Below are positions 1-11,390 of a stretch of DNA of 51,157 bases, one piece after another (the first letter of the stretch is position 1; each line of letters opens with the position of its first letter). The notes beneath the pieces are model-generated. The model worked only from the letters and a program-made list of their open reading frames with translations, was not told where the DNA came from and made no database searches. Location of the stretch: contig BDIP01000008.1 of NCBI GenBank assembly GCA_003568945.1, positions 1 to 51,157 of the forward strand, read 5' to 3'. This DNA comes from Kipferlia bialata. Taxonomy: Eukaryota. The translations under genes were made by a program, and so were the position numbers.

Positions 1-10
1 AGAGAGAGAC

Positions 11-56
<46 letters not shown>
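1..56. repeat. (GA)n / GAGACA microsatellite at window start
   Basis: Directly visible AG dinucleotide run with ACAG interruptions. Confidence 0.95.
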
Positions 57-58
<2 letters not shown>

Positions 59-399
59 GGTGACACAAGGGTCACCACGGGACTCGCCTCTTCTCATAAG
101 GGGAGAGACAGAGAGAGATAGAGACTGTAAAAAGGGGATGCGTGAAGAATGGGTGGGGAGGGGGGGGGGGATGAAGGGAGAACATATATTGTACACCATT
201 TAATATATGTGGAGATATCGAGGGAGAGGGAGCCACAAAGTGATAGCGCTGATGTATATACACAATGAATAGTCACACTTCCCTTGGCAGCCTTCCAGTA
301 CAGCCACTATACTCGTATATCACTTCCCTCCCTTTGTAATCCGACAGTCATATCTGCAGTTGCATGGGTCCAGTGAAAGACAGAGAGCAATACTAGTAC

Positions 400-530
400 C
401 TCTCATCCTCCCAATCATTCATGCCCACCACCATCACTGAGGTGGGGGTCAGTAGGGCACACCCGCAGCTGTAGAAGCAGGAGTGCGTGCTTAGGGGCAC
501 CTCCCGAAGGGAGATGGAGGGGTGGCCCAT
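400..530 (-). CDS. Possible first exon or fragment of a small Kelch-like hypothetical gene
   Basis: ATG at 530 reads MGHPSISLREVPLSTHSCFYSCGCALLTPTSVMVVGMNDWEDE, then an AG|GTACTA donor. Downstream exons could not be resolved convincingly. Confidence 0.3.
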
Positions 531-860
531 GATCGTAAATGATATAGAAGAGTGTTGCAAGTAGGTCAGCAAGCCACACTGTGTGGCCCACACACAGTAG
601 ACGCCGTTTCAAACGCATTGATCTCTAACACTCCGAATCTCCCAACATCAAGCACTGGAAGACACACACATTAGGACACTGTACGTAGGGACCTCATCCT
701 GCAGGGACTTTGTGGTCTTTCACATACATATATGTAGATTAGGACACTGTCTACTGCTGGAAGAGACCAGCCATTGACCTCAGCTAGACATCTATTGTGG
801 CATGAAGGCACTTCATGCAGTTATATGATAGTGAGTCATATGCTTGTATATATCTTGCAT

Positions 861-1856
861 CTACTGCTGGAAGAGGTTGGCCATGGCCCTCAGCTTGGGG
901 CAGGCCTCGATGATGTCAGTCCTCTCCAACTGGCCTGGGGTGAGGCATGCAAACACACATAAATATACCCGTATATATGGAGAGGAATAGAAGTATATAT
1001 ACACCCCCGTACCCATGAGAGCCACGAGAGAGGCCATGGCAAAGTCAGCGTAGCAGGGCTCAGCGCCACAGGTGTAGGGGCCGGAGATCATCTTGTCCAT
1101 GCACCTGAGGTGTGAGGAGATGGAGTGATGGCATGTATATATATTCATGTATACACTCACTTTGCCATCATGATGCAGTCCTTGGTGTCCTTCTCTCTCT
1201 CCCCNNNNNNNNNNNNNNNNNNNNNNNNNNCAGTCCTTGGTGTCCTTCTCTCTCTCCCCCCCCCTCCCAACACACATATCACATATACACTGTACAATAC
1301 AGAGAGTATATACTATACCATACTATACACTCACTTTGCCATCATGATGCAGTCCTTGGTGTTCTTGGCAGCCATGGCGTCGGGCAGGGCAGAGCCTATT
1401 GTAAATATGTTGAGGTTAGGTACCAGTAGGGTAGGGCAGAGTCTGAGGGGGTAAGAGATACAATACATAGTCATGCATATATTAGCACACAAACACATAC
1501 CCTCTCTCTTGAGCCTCATGCCTGTGTACAGTCTGGATGTCATGTCCTCGGCACAGTCCAACAGCTGCATGGCACTCACCTTGCCCTGGGGTTACACTAT
1601 AAAGTAATATGCATTATACAAATACATTACAAACTGTATATATTGTATAGAAGTCCAACAGCTGCATGGTAGTCACCTGGCACCGAGGGTTAGTGAATGT
1701 AGAGGGAATATACACAATATGCGGTCAAATATTGTATCATAAGCTTAGAGAAAGCAAATGACACTTCTGTACATAAGTTTAACCCTGCATACCTTGTCGT
1801 CCTTGGGTGCCAGACCCAGCCTCTCTCTCTCAGTGATATAAATATACGTAAATATA

Positions 1857-1892
<36 letters not shown>

Positions 1893-2401
1893 CCTTGTCG
1901 TCCTTGGGTGCCAGACCAAGCCTCTCTCCAACTAGCTGCAGAAGAGACCTGGGGTGGGAGAGAGAGTGGGAGGTAGAGGGAGGGCGGGAGGAGGGGGGGT
2001 GGGGTATACTGGGTTGTATTCACACCAACCTGCTCTGTGCCACCCATCTGTCCTCCTTAGCAAAGTGCACCACGGGTAGCTGTCCAAAGGGCAGAGTGCC
2101 GTCCTCCAGCCCCTCCTTCTGCATGGCAGGCCAGGTCTCACCCTTGACACGCTTGTCGGTGAACTCAACCTGGAATGAGGGAGGGAGAGTGAAAATGAAA
2201 GTGACATTGAGAGAGAACACATAGATATGTAGTAAGATAGGAATACCCGCAATCGGAAGGGGGGGGGGGGGCGGGGAGAGAGAGAGAGAGAAGGAGAGAG
2301 ACCATACATCACACAAGACACAATACCTTAGCGTAGCGGTACATCTGCCTCAGGGCCTCTCCCCTGCCACCAGCAAAGTCAAAGTACACAACAGTATCCA
2401 T
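861..2401 (-). CDS. Glutathione S-transferase, 7 exons (2401-2327, 2169-2030, 1948-1894, 1585-1501, 1395-1335, 1104-1013, 934-861), 193 aa
   Basis: Manual GT-AG splicing gives 582 nt in frame. N-domain motifs are MDTVVYFDFAGGRGEALRQM (catalytic Tyr type), LPFGQLPV and VAQSRSLL. C-domain motifs are GPYTCGAEPCYADFAM and CPKLRAM, followed by TAG. Confidence 0.9.
1205..1230. other. Assembly gap (N run) inside a GST intron
   Basis: 26 N, flanked on both sides by cagtccttggtgtccttctctctctcccc. Confidence 0.98.
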
Positions 2402-3102
2402 GGTTGTTATCTAGTGTTCTTGAAGAAGAGGTGTGGCCTCTCATCAGTCTTTGATGTGTTGGATCAACAGTGAAGCGAGTTGTGATCAATTTGTCTGAAC
2501 CCCTATCTTTCCGCTTAATATGCATTTTTAGCATTTCTCCCGTTATCTCCATGATTGCTAAGTTGCACCAAGTACGTTTTTAGATGTGACGCCTGTTCCG
2601 GTGAGTCTTGCATACCTCTTCATCGAGTACAGACTGGAGGCCTAGTTGTTGAGAGGTAAGGCACATGTGCCACCAAGGAGATATACACTTATGATACTAT
2701 GCAGTATTCATGGATACATGCACTGCTTAGGTGAGGAGAAATCTACACATCGAAGTTGATATTGCGTGTAGGGTCTCTAAAACACACATATATACCACGA
2801 GGCAGGGTACTCCCTGTATGTATGCGACTCCCCATTACCATAAAAGTGTTGTCTCTGTGGTGAGTCGTGGGTGTCTGTGGGGAAGCAGTGTGTGAGTGTG
2901 TTATGTGCAATATATAGTCCATTGTCTACTCACACAACAGGTTATGTTAGTATTAAACACTCACGTCATCAAATCCCTCTCACGCGCTCTTTGTGCGTAT
3001 AATATGACCCCCCCCCCCCGATACTACATTGTTATATATTCCATTTCATACTCTGACCCTAGGGCTCCTGTCCTACCCTCACTCCATCACCCGGCCTGAC
3101 CT

Positions 3103-6100
3103 ATGTCAGACTCCACCCCCACATGCCGCAAGTGGGTCTCTGCCACCCAGCCACTGACCCCTGTGCCCATAAAGGGTCTAGGGGATGACCCCATTCTCTC
3201 TGCTGTGCGCCTCTCTGACTGTGAGATGCTGCTGATACGGCCAGGGTACAGCCAGAGAGTGACATTTGACACAAATGTGGACCCTGTCGACTCTGAGTAC
3301 ACGGCCACTGTGACCAAGACTGTCAGGCCGTGCCCTGTGGGTGACCCCACTGATAGGCAGGGGGGAGGGAGAGAGGAGGACAGTGAGGGAGATGTAGATA
3401 TGCAGCATGGGTATGGAGGTGTGGATATGGGCCATGGGGAGAGGAGGGTGTGGTCCCAGCCGACAGGGCACAGGATAGGGGACAGCGTGTATGTGGGGCC
3501 ACAGAGGGTATGGGTTCAGTATTTACACATATGTTAATATATGTGTTGACTGACACTACGTTATCTGTACTGTGCCTGTCTATTCCCTACGCATATTCAC
3601 TTTGGGTCAGTGTGTGACTTACCCACAGTGCTGTCGCCCTGACAATCCCTCCAGATATGGGCACACGTATGCAGCTGACTGCATGTACAGGTAGGGAGCA
3701 CTATTGTCCTCTATACTATAGTTATGTCCATATGTATTTACATGTGTGTGGAAGGAGGGGGGGGCATTTACACTGTGTGTGTAGAAGAATGTTGCATGCA
3801 TCATATGCCACTGACACCTGGCACATCAGAGACAGACATACTATAGTTAGTAGTACACAGTATTGCGGATATATGTTTACTCCAGGTATGACCTAGTGAG
3901 TGACACACCTGGCACATCAGAGAGATATACTATAGATAGTTGTACACTGCACTATTATTGTGTATGTATTGACTCTAGGTATGACCTTGCCTCAGACACC
4001 TGGCACATCAGGGAGAGAGAGGGGCATGAGTGCTGGCCTGGTCTGACAGAGGCACAGAGCACTGAGTACCCCACCACCCTGTCATGGATAGTCAGTCCCA
4101 CACCCCACAGCATAGGTGGGACCTGACATCCTCTGTGTGTGCTGGTACCCCTCCTACTAATTGCTCTCGACGATGTGTATATGAGTACTCTCTGACGTCA
4201 GTTGTGCTAGCACGGATGGCCAAGTACTCCCATTTCAATGGCAGCAGGGGACAGAGACAGCAGGGCAGGCGGAGACCTGAAGAGGTCAGGGCCAACCCGT
4301 ATCAGAGAGAGGCGGAGAGGGACGACATTGACGTGTTTGAGCTGGAGGGAGAGGTGGAGGTGGAACCCGAGGATGTGTGGAGGCGGGCCGTGACCTATGC
4401 CTGGGAGTACACCCCTGGTAGTGATGGCTGGGTGTGCCTGGGGTGTGGCTTAGAGCAGAGGGTGGAGAGGGGGGAGGCATCCATCGCAACCCTAGACACA
4501 TTCTACACGGACACCAATGTCCATGTGACATGCACTGATGGGGACGACAGTGCACACGCTTGCATAGAGGGGATTGGCCTCTACCCCATCCTCCCTCCCC
4601 CCAACTCCTCTGGGTCACTCAACATGGTCTGTCTAGGTAACTTACTTGTCACGTGGCAGATGAGGGTGGTGGGGAGTGAGGCCTCTGGGCGGTACTCCCT
4701 CTCCTACCTAGACCTGTGCTCCCAGACCAAGTGGGTGGATGCAGGGGAGGTGAACTATGGGGCTAGGTACCTGGCATGCAATGAGGGCAGGATGACCCCC
4801 CTCTCTGCCTCCCGTGTCTTCTGCCACACCAGTCCCCAGACTGCTGGGGGAGCAGCAGGGGAGTCATGCTTCCTATGTATCAGCCCAGACCTCCAGGGGA
4901 TGCAGGCTAGACACTGCCTCCTGGAGTCTAGTGAGGATGTTGCTGCAGTGGGGTCTCTTCGTGACCTAGTCTCTGGGTCACACCACATCCACATACTTGC
5001 CGCTGTGGTGGCAGCAGGCTGTATATACGAGGGATACCAGACCAACGAGGAGCATACTCGTGTCTCACGGCTGGGTGATTTGGATAGTGGCCTTGCAGAG
5101 ATCCAGGACTCCCTGGATGCTGCGTGGCAGGCTGGTACTGCTCTAAGTAGGGACTATGATGCATACACTCTTCCATGGGCCTGGGAGGGAGTGCTGGAGT
5201 TAGCGTCTAAGTACACAACACGCTTCCTGCACTCTGTCTCTGCTGTAGCGCAGCACTCCCTCATGCAGAGTGTGCTGTCCTTCACATCCTGTGCCGTGCT
5301 GAGTGTCACTACCCTAAGGACAGTGCTCATATCCATCCAGCAACTGGCCCCTCTCATTCCTGCGAGTGAGGCTCTGGACCATATGTTGGACTCTGTGACA
5401 GTGGCACTTGTTGACATGCTGCAACAGACACCCACTGCAGCATACCCTTTGGAGTGCTGCATGTTGCTGCAAGAAGTGCTTGCATCCACCCCTCTACTGA
5501 CTAGTGGCACCTCCCCTATCTATGTCAACCCCTCTGTGTCAGCAGTCTCTGTGATACACACTGCAGTGGTCAGAGCTGGGTGTCACTGGCACTACAGAGT
5601 AGCCAGTGTCCAGTCCTCTATCACGTCCGATCAGGACATGGAGAGAGCAGTCACGGTCTGTGAGAGACTGAGCCATATCACTGTCCGAGACGCATCTAGT
5701 GTCCTCTCTGCTGACTATCGCTTAGGGAAGGAGGAAGAGACAGAGGTCTTCTGCTGTCTCTGTGAGTGTACTGGGGTGTGCCCCCCTGACCGACCCTGGT
5801 TGAGATACCTCCTACCCACACTGACACAGTCAGTTACCATACCCCAGTCCCTGCAGAGTACCTGCCGGGACGTGCACGCTCTGCTCCTTGCTGCCCCCAT
5901 ATCAGTAAGGGGTCTCACTGCTAATGTGACCCCTAGATCAGTTGAATCAGCAGGTCTAGTTGGTGCTGGCACTGTAGATCTGGCCAGGGAGTGGTCCCAC
6001 CATATGACCCAGGCCATGAAGGTGAGGGTCAGGGAGCAGATGCCAAGGTCCAACATCATTCCCCCCGAGACTCTGTTTGGGTTGGATGAGTCCAATGTAG

Positions 6101-7571
6101 AGAGGCGAAGGAGGGTGAGACGGTGGGGGGATAGGATGAGTCTGCGCAGTCCCCTTCTGAATGTGAGGGGGGTGGGCAGCATGGAGCAGATATCCTACAA
6201 GCATGTCAACTACCCAAGGGAGAGACTGACAGTGACAGAGGGAAATCCCTTTGGACCACCTATGGGCTGGTGTGACGACAGGTCGGTTACTGCACATTGT
6301 TGTACCGTATTGTAGTATTTGATACTATAATATGTCTTCTCACTCTTAGGGTTGTTGTCAGTCTGGGGCACAACACCGCCATGCTCATCGGACACACCTA
6401 CTGCAGCAACAGAGTGACAGAGAATGAAGCAGTGGTGTACATCATGGAGTACTCCGATGGTGAAGACCCGACCCTGACCTGGAGGAGTGTGTCATGTCCA
6501 TTCACATTTGACAGTCAGTGTGTCTTCAACGCAGTTGTCTGTGGGGGTACAGTGTCTCTGTTCTGTGGGACCAAGACTGATGGGCTGAATGTGAGATTGA
6601 AGGAGGGGGAAGACATCCGTCGATGGCTGTTTGACATTGCAACTGAGACATGGGCTGAGACAGGTACGGCATCACTGGGTGTATGTATGTGTATGTAAAC
6701 ATACGTCCCTTCCATTGTGTTGTTATTCTCGCTGGTAAATCTAACCCTCAAGGAGTCGCTGTTGCCGCGTCTCTAAGACTGGAGCTCTCCGACATCATTC
6801 TCCAGGATGATGACAGAGTGGTGATAGCGGGACGTTCCCAAACCGACCTCGGCACTGATCTATTGTGGTCATACAACTTAGAGACAGGTAGAAGCGATTG
6901 ATAGTCATTATATAACCGTAATATGTTACTGACAAGTTTCTGTCCGGCAGTTGCAGCAGTATATACATTAACCTCAGGTGTGGAGACTGAGCTCTACCGC
7001 ACTCCCACTGAGGGAGAGGTCTATGCCGCCAGTGATGTTAGACACGGCACATCCCACCTGGGGTGTGTGCCTTGTGAGGACAGGTTCTCACGCACACTCC
7101 ACTACTCCCCTGTACCTGGTACAAGGACTGTCCTTGCCTGGGAGAGAGACAAGGGTAACGACGCCAGCAACTTCCTAAGGTGAGAGGGACACATATACAC
7201 ATTGGCTTCAATTATACATGTGTATTTCTACCACCGTTGAGTATTAACCAGACAGGCACGGCGGCAGGTTAGGCCGTGTGAAGAGCTCCGCCAACTGCAA
7301 CATGGTGCATGAGTGGGACAGGGTGCGGGATCAGATAGTGCTACTGGCTAGGACAGAGAGAGATAGGGGTCCGGATGGTGGGGAGATGGAGAGAGAGGTA
7401 TCATTCAGAGGCCCGTCTAGGAATACAGCTCTCACCGGTGGGGTTGTACTCTCTCAGGGACTGGAGACAGGGACTGCGGCACGCAAACTGACTTTGCTGC
7501 TGTGGCATGACGAGGATCCAGTTATAGTGACCATATACCCACACAGACCGATGAGGCACTGTGTGTACTAG
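3103..7571 (+). CDS. Kelch/beta-propeller-like multidomain protein; proposed exons 3103-3507, 3629-3690, 3979-4115, 4211-6281, 6350-6663, 6753-6887, 6978-7179, 7256-7571 (1213 aa)
   Basis: All junctions are GT-AG and phase-compatible (3642 nt). Kelch-like blade ends are YRYDLASDTWH, AWEYTPGSDGW, YLDLCSQTKW, WLFDIATETW and WSYNLETG. It could instead be two genes (3103-4126 and 4216-7571). Confidence 0.65.
3813..4015 (+). repeat. Degenerate ~90-bp tandem repeat (about 2.2 units) spanning a 3' splice site
   Basis: acacctggcacatcag occurs three times (~3814, ~3905, ~3996) and (c/t)ag|gtatgacct twice. Confidence 0.85.
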
Positions 7572-7866
7572 AGGCCCTGACTGACCAAAATTCTTTCCAT
7601 GGATTGGAAGAACTTGTTGTGATGCACTTATGAGGTCATGGCATCAATATATTGTGATATCGATATTGCATTGGGGTAATTTGTCACAATTCTGAGTACT
7701 GAAACTTTCAGACTGAAAGGGTCGTATATATGTCACATTGTTGTACTATTAGCTCTATGAGTCATATAATATGTGACTGACAGTAGTTTTCACTCACTAC
7801 ATCGGTATCTGTATATTCGTTAAGATTCACTTGCTCTTTGGTATCTGGCGATGGCATCCCGTACAA

Positions 7867-9262
7867 TCACACCAGCCACTCTGATGAATCTGCTGCCACC
7901 TGCAGCAGTCTCTCTCTCTCTGCATGCACCACGTCTCTCTGGCTCTGACTCATGGCAGTAGTCAGTGCCACCACACCATGCCTGTGGCGTCTAGGCCTAG
8001 ACGCCCTCTCTCCCTTAGAGCACTCCTTCTGCCCCTCTATCAGACTCCTACCAGGGGTGGGCATCAGACTGTGTCTCCGCTGTCTAGCAGGTGGGGGGTG
8101 GGGAACCAGCTGAGGTGTATCTTCCTCCTCTTCTATGGTGCTGTCTATCACTGACTCCAGGTCCGTGTATGCATCTGTAGACTGTGCCATCATGTCTATG
8201 CTGGCTGGACACGGCATGAGGCTGTGACGTCTCCACCTCGGTGGGGGGTGGGGTGCCCTGGTAGGTTGGGGCATATCTCCCATGGAGACTGCACCACAGG
8301 GTGGGATCGGTACAGTCAGCCTCTGTCTGTGACTGAGGCTGGCCTGATTCATGAGCAAGGAATCATTGGGAGTAGCAGGTAGTACATAGGGATATTCAAC
8401 TATATATATTCAAGTGTAAAAATGGAATACACAATGTGTATTATACACATGTATACCTGAGCCATCAGACTACCACTGCCCATGGGCATCAGGCTGTGAC
8501 GTCTTCTCCCAGATGGTCTGGCTCTCTGTCTAGGACGACAAACCTCTGAAAGAGACTGAGTTGGGGATACAATGGGACCAGATGGGAATGACCCAAAGGA
8601 TCCACCAACCTGAACTGGTGGCTCCTCTCTCTCCCTCTCAGCAGACATGGCTCTAATGAGGGAGCGCGCCTTCTCTACTGGGGAGTTGCTAGGGCAGTCA
8701 TGGGTGGTGTTGGTAGCGGAGGAAGTCTTATCCTCCTCCTTCTCTTCTATAGGGGGATAAGGTGACTGGTTGGAACATGGAAAGCTCTCCAGCACTCCCC
8801 CACCTATCAACACCACTCTCTCTCCAACCCTCTTCTCCCCGGTCTCTCTCTCATCACGCCTCTGCATAATGGGTGCTATCGGTATGCCTCTCACTAGATA
8901 GGAGTCAGGGTGGGGGACGGGGGGATCCTCAACAACGCTAGTTGGGGCAGATGGAAGATGGGCAGGACGCATTCGGCGAGGACGCCTGCTGGCGTTGGAT
9001 GCCCTCAGTCTTGGTAGTGACACTGGAACACCTGCTATATGTCAGTCAAGACATATAACCAACAATATGAGTTACAGTATGAGTCATTCTATATGAGGAC
9101 AAGTGTGAGGACTTACGGAATTGACACTGTACAGTATACGGTGGCACTGCAACAGTACACCATACCCTTTGCTTGTGAACCTGTGCGTGAAGAGGCAGGG
9201 CGGTATCTGGGCACTGATCTGTGCCTGTGGACAGACCTAGCTGTATACCCAGACATGGGCAT
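7867..9262 (-). CDS. Hypothetical Arg/Pro/Ser-rich disordered protein with three RRHSLMP motifs; exons 9262-9166, 9031-~8457, ~8399-7867
   Basis: The ATG 9262 exon (MPMSGYTARS...AKG) splices in frame to ORF 8400-9023. Shared motifs link it to ORF 7867-8358. The second intron boundaries are not resolved. Confidence 0.6.
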
Positions 9263-9271
9263 CTGAATAGC

Positions 9272-9333
9272 TAGAATAGGTAGCCTGTGGAATGGCTACC
9301 TATTCTACAGGTTGAAGAAGTCTTCTTCAACCT
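9272..9333. promoter_or_regulatory. Two adjacent perfect inverted repeats immediately upstream of the 9262 start codon
   Basis: tagaataggtagcc-N8-ggctacctattcta (9272-9307) and aggttgaagaag-t-cttcttcaacct (9309-9333). A regulatory role is inferred from position only. Confidence 0.45.
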
Positions 9334-9611
9334 CTTCAATGAAGAAGACGTTGCCATTTGAGGCTGTTGTCGGACGTGTGAGACGCCATCAGTAAGAGAT
9401 ACTGTATGGAGGGTATCAATCGACGACAATACTACCTGTATACTCTTCAGTGTAAACCATATATCAAAGTGCCTCTACATTGATGACAGCACGCATATCT
9501 ATTAGACTATTGCCGATATGTCGGCCTGAGGAGTGCTAACATCCTTCCTTTGCAACGTGTCAATATGAGTTATGTCAGTGTATCATGGCAATCTCTGGGC
9601 CTGTCACAGCC

Positions 9612-10251
9612 TTACTCGTTGTACTCCATGACGAATATATCTGGGTGGTTGGGACACTGGTGCACCTCGAGCATGCCCATGTCACCTGACGGGTTAGAGA
9701 GTCACATATCGAGTACGTAAGAATACCATTATTATAAATGAAGTAGAGAGTCAATACATATATACATATATTTGATATATACAGGCCGTACCGAACTGGC
9801 AGTCGTCGGTGCACTTGAGGTTGAGCACAGTGACGGTGGTAGTGTCACCACACTCTGAGGGTGAGACTGTTTATATACACACCCATAGACACACCCATAA
9901 GAACAGATGCAGAGAGTGGTATATATACACGTGTAAGTGGTGATGTCACCACTCTGAGGGTGAGATATCTGGATGATCTGTTAACGCATATTCAAATAGC
10001 ATATACAGAGACAATGGTATATACGTGGTCAGATCATTGAATATGTATATGTATATGTATATATACATATATACAGCTCCATATGTATACTAAGCAATAC
10101 CTGGGCACTCCCCTGGCATACTGGCGTATATATATATACATATAGAGAGAGAGAGAGAGAGAGATATTCATCCTAGTCATCCTATGCAATTATCTTGTTA
10201 TACCTGGGCACTCCCCTGGCATACTCGGGTTGCATCCATCCATGTACCCTC
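9612..10251 (-). CDS. 3' exons (10251-10204, 9854-9792, 9685-9612) of a gene ending in a DUF1963/YwqG-like putative Zn-binding module; 5' exons unresolved
   Basis: Spliced peptide GGYMDGCNPSMPGECPECGDTTTVTVLNLKCTDDCQFGDMGMLEVHQCPNHPDIFVMEYNE*. It matches the GG..CPxC...FGDxG...QCxxH pattern I recall for DUF1963 C-termini. Confidence 0.5.
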
Positions 10252-10408
10252 CTGCGGTTAGATGGCAAGGTACAGACAGACACAAGTATTAATGCAATGA
10301 TGCTACCTGTGGTTGGACAAAATATCATATCACATCAGCATATTTATATAGTCTAATACATACACATGTCTATCATATACCATATATGTCATATAGTGGC
10401 AGGACACC

Positions 10409-10483
10409 ATATCTATATCTATATCTATATCTATATCTATATCTATATCTATATCTATATCTATATCAATATCTATATCTATC
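10409..10483. repeat. (ATATCT)n hexanucleotide microsatellite, ~12 units, intronic
   Basis: Directly visible; it produces the spurious DIDID/YLYL ORFs. Confidence 0.95.
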
Positions 10484-10784
10484 GTTACTACCAAATACCA
10501 CCACTCCTGTACATACCACACACCTTCTGAAACCCCACATATCATATCAGATATATCATATATATCATATATATCAGCCCCAAGGCACAGACAGGTATAC
10601 ACATAGACAGCCACATACGAAGATGAGATTCACAGACAAACTCACAGCCAACCTGTCCAACTCAGTCCCTCTTGCTAAATAATCAATGATTATATATATA
10701 TACGTACGTATTGATACATATCAATATTCATCAATATCAATAATCATATATATATATACACAATGATGTATTGATGATAACTAC

Positions 10785-10917
10785 CTTCTGATTCCCCCTG
10801 TCTAGCTCGGCTGTTATGGCCTGGTCCACCCTGGCCCCCTTCTCTCTCTCCCTCTGCAGCTCAGCCTGGGTACTCCTCAGCACGTCCAGGGTGCTGTTGA
10901 AGTTCTTGATCAATGAC
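10785..10917 (-). CDS. Coiled-coil-like internal exon of a hypothetical gene; further probable exons lie up to ~12250
   Basis: TTAG|G acceptor, SLIKNFNSTLDVLRSTQAELQREREKGARVDQAITAELDRGNQK, then AAG|GTAG donor. Linkage to the 9612-10251 exons is not established. Confidence 0.45.
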
Positions 10918-11314
10918 CTAAGATAAGGGGGGGGGGGGATGCTTGACCAGATACTACTAATGTAACATCAGTGCAAGGTCAATGCACTTGGGTGAAGGGG
11001 GTAAAGTGACACTGATGTAGACGCAGCAATATCCAACTGAAAGGAGAATGAAACTAACCTACTGATATAAACAACTGATACACCTATGACACCAGAGGAA
11101 GGTAATGTAAGACTGACACACTAAGCACTAGCCGTTGTATTCCAGGGATGTTATTCAAAGAATAGAATGATAAATGGCACCAGCCAGGCATACATACATA
11201 TGCATATACACAAGCACTTGCATGCATTCCACACCTGTTCTGGGTGGCCAGGAACTGAAGGAATTGCAGCGACAACTGGTTGTCATTGACAACCACACAG
11301 TAGGCACCTAGGAC

Positions 11315-11390
11315 ATCAGTATCAGTATCAGTATCAGTATCAGTGAGAGAGAGAAGGGCAGCAGTATCAGTGAGAGAGAGAAGGGCAGCA
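11315..11390. repeat. (ATCAGT)5 array plus a 27-bp tandem duplication in an intron
   Basis: atcagt x5 at 11315-11344; atcagtgagagagagaagggcagca x2. Confidence 0.9.

Noticed and set aside
861..863. Possible TAA/TAG=Gln code as in hexamitid diplomonads
   Set aside because: TAG or TAA ends the GST, Kelch-like and DUF1963-like models at sensible positions, and long exons lack in-frame TAA/TAG
1176..1265. Third copy of the GST exon-5 echo on both sides of the N gap
   Set aside because: Identical sequence flanking a scaffold gap is most simply an unmerged overlap
750..4015. Spaced short direct repeats as a possible CRISPR array
   Set aside because: Eukaryotic context, only 2-3 copies each, repeats are exon-derived, and no cas genes are seen
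10330..10682. ORFs with DIDIDID / YLYLYL repeats
   Set aside because: They are translations of the (ATATCT)n microsatellite
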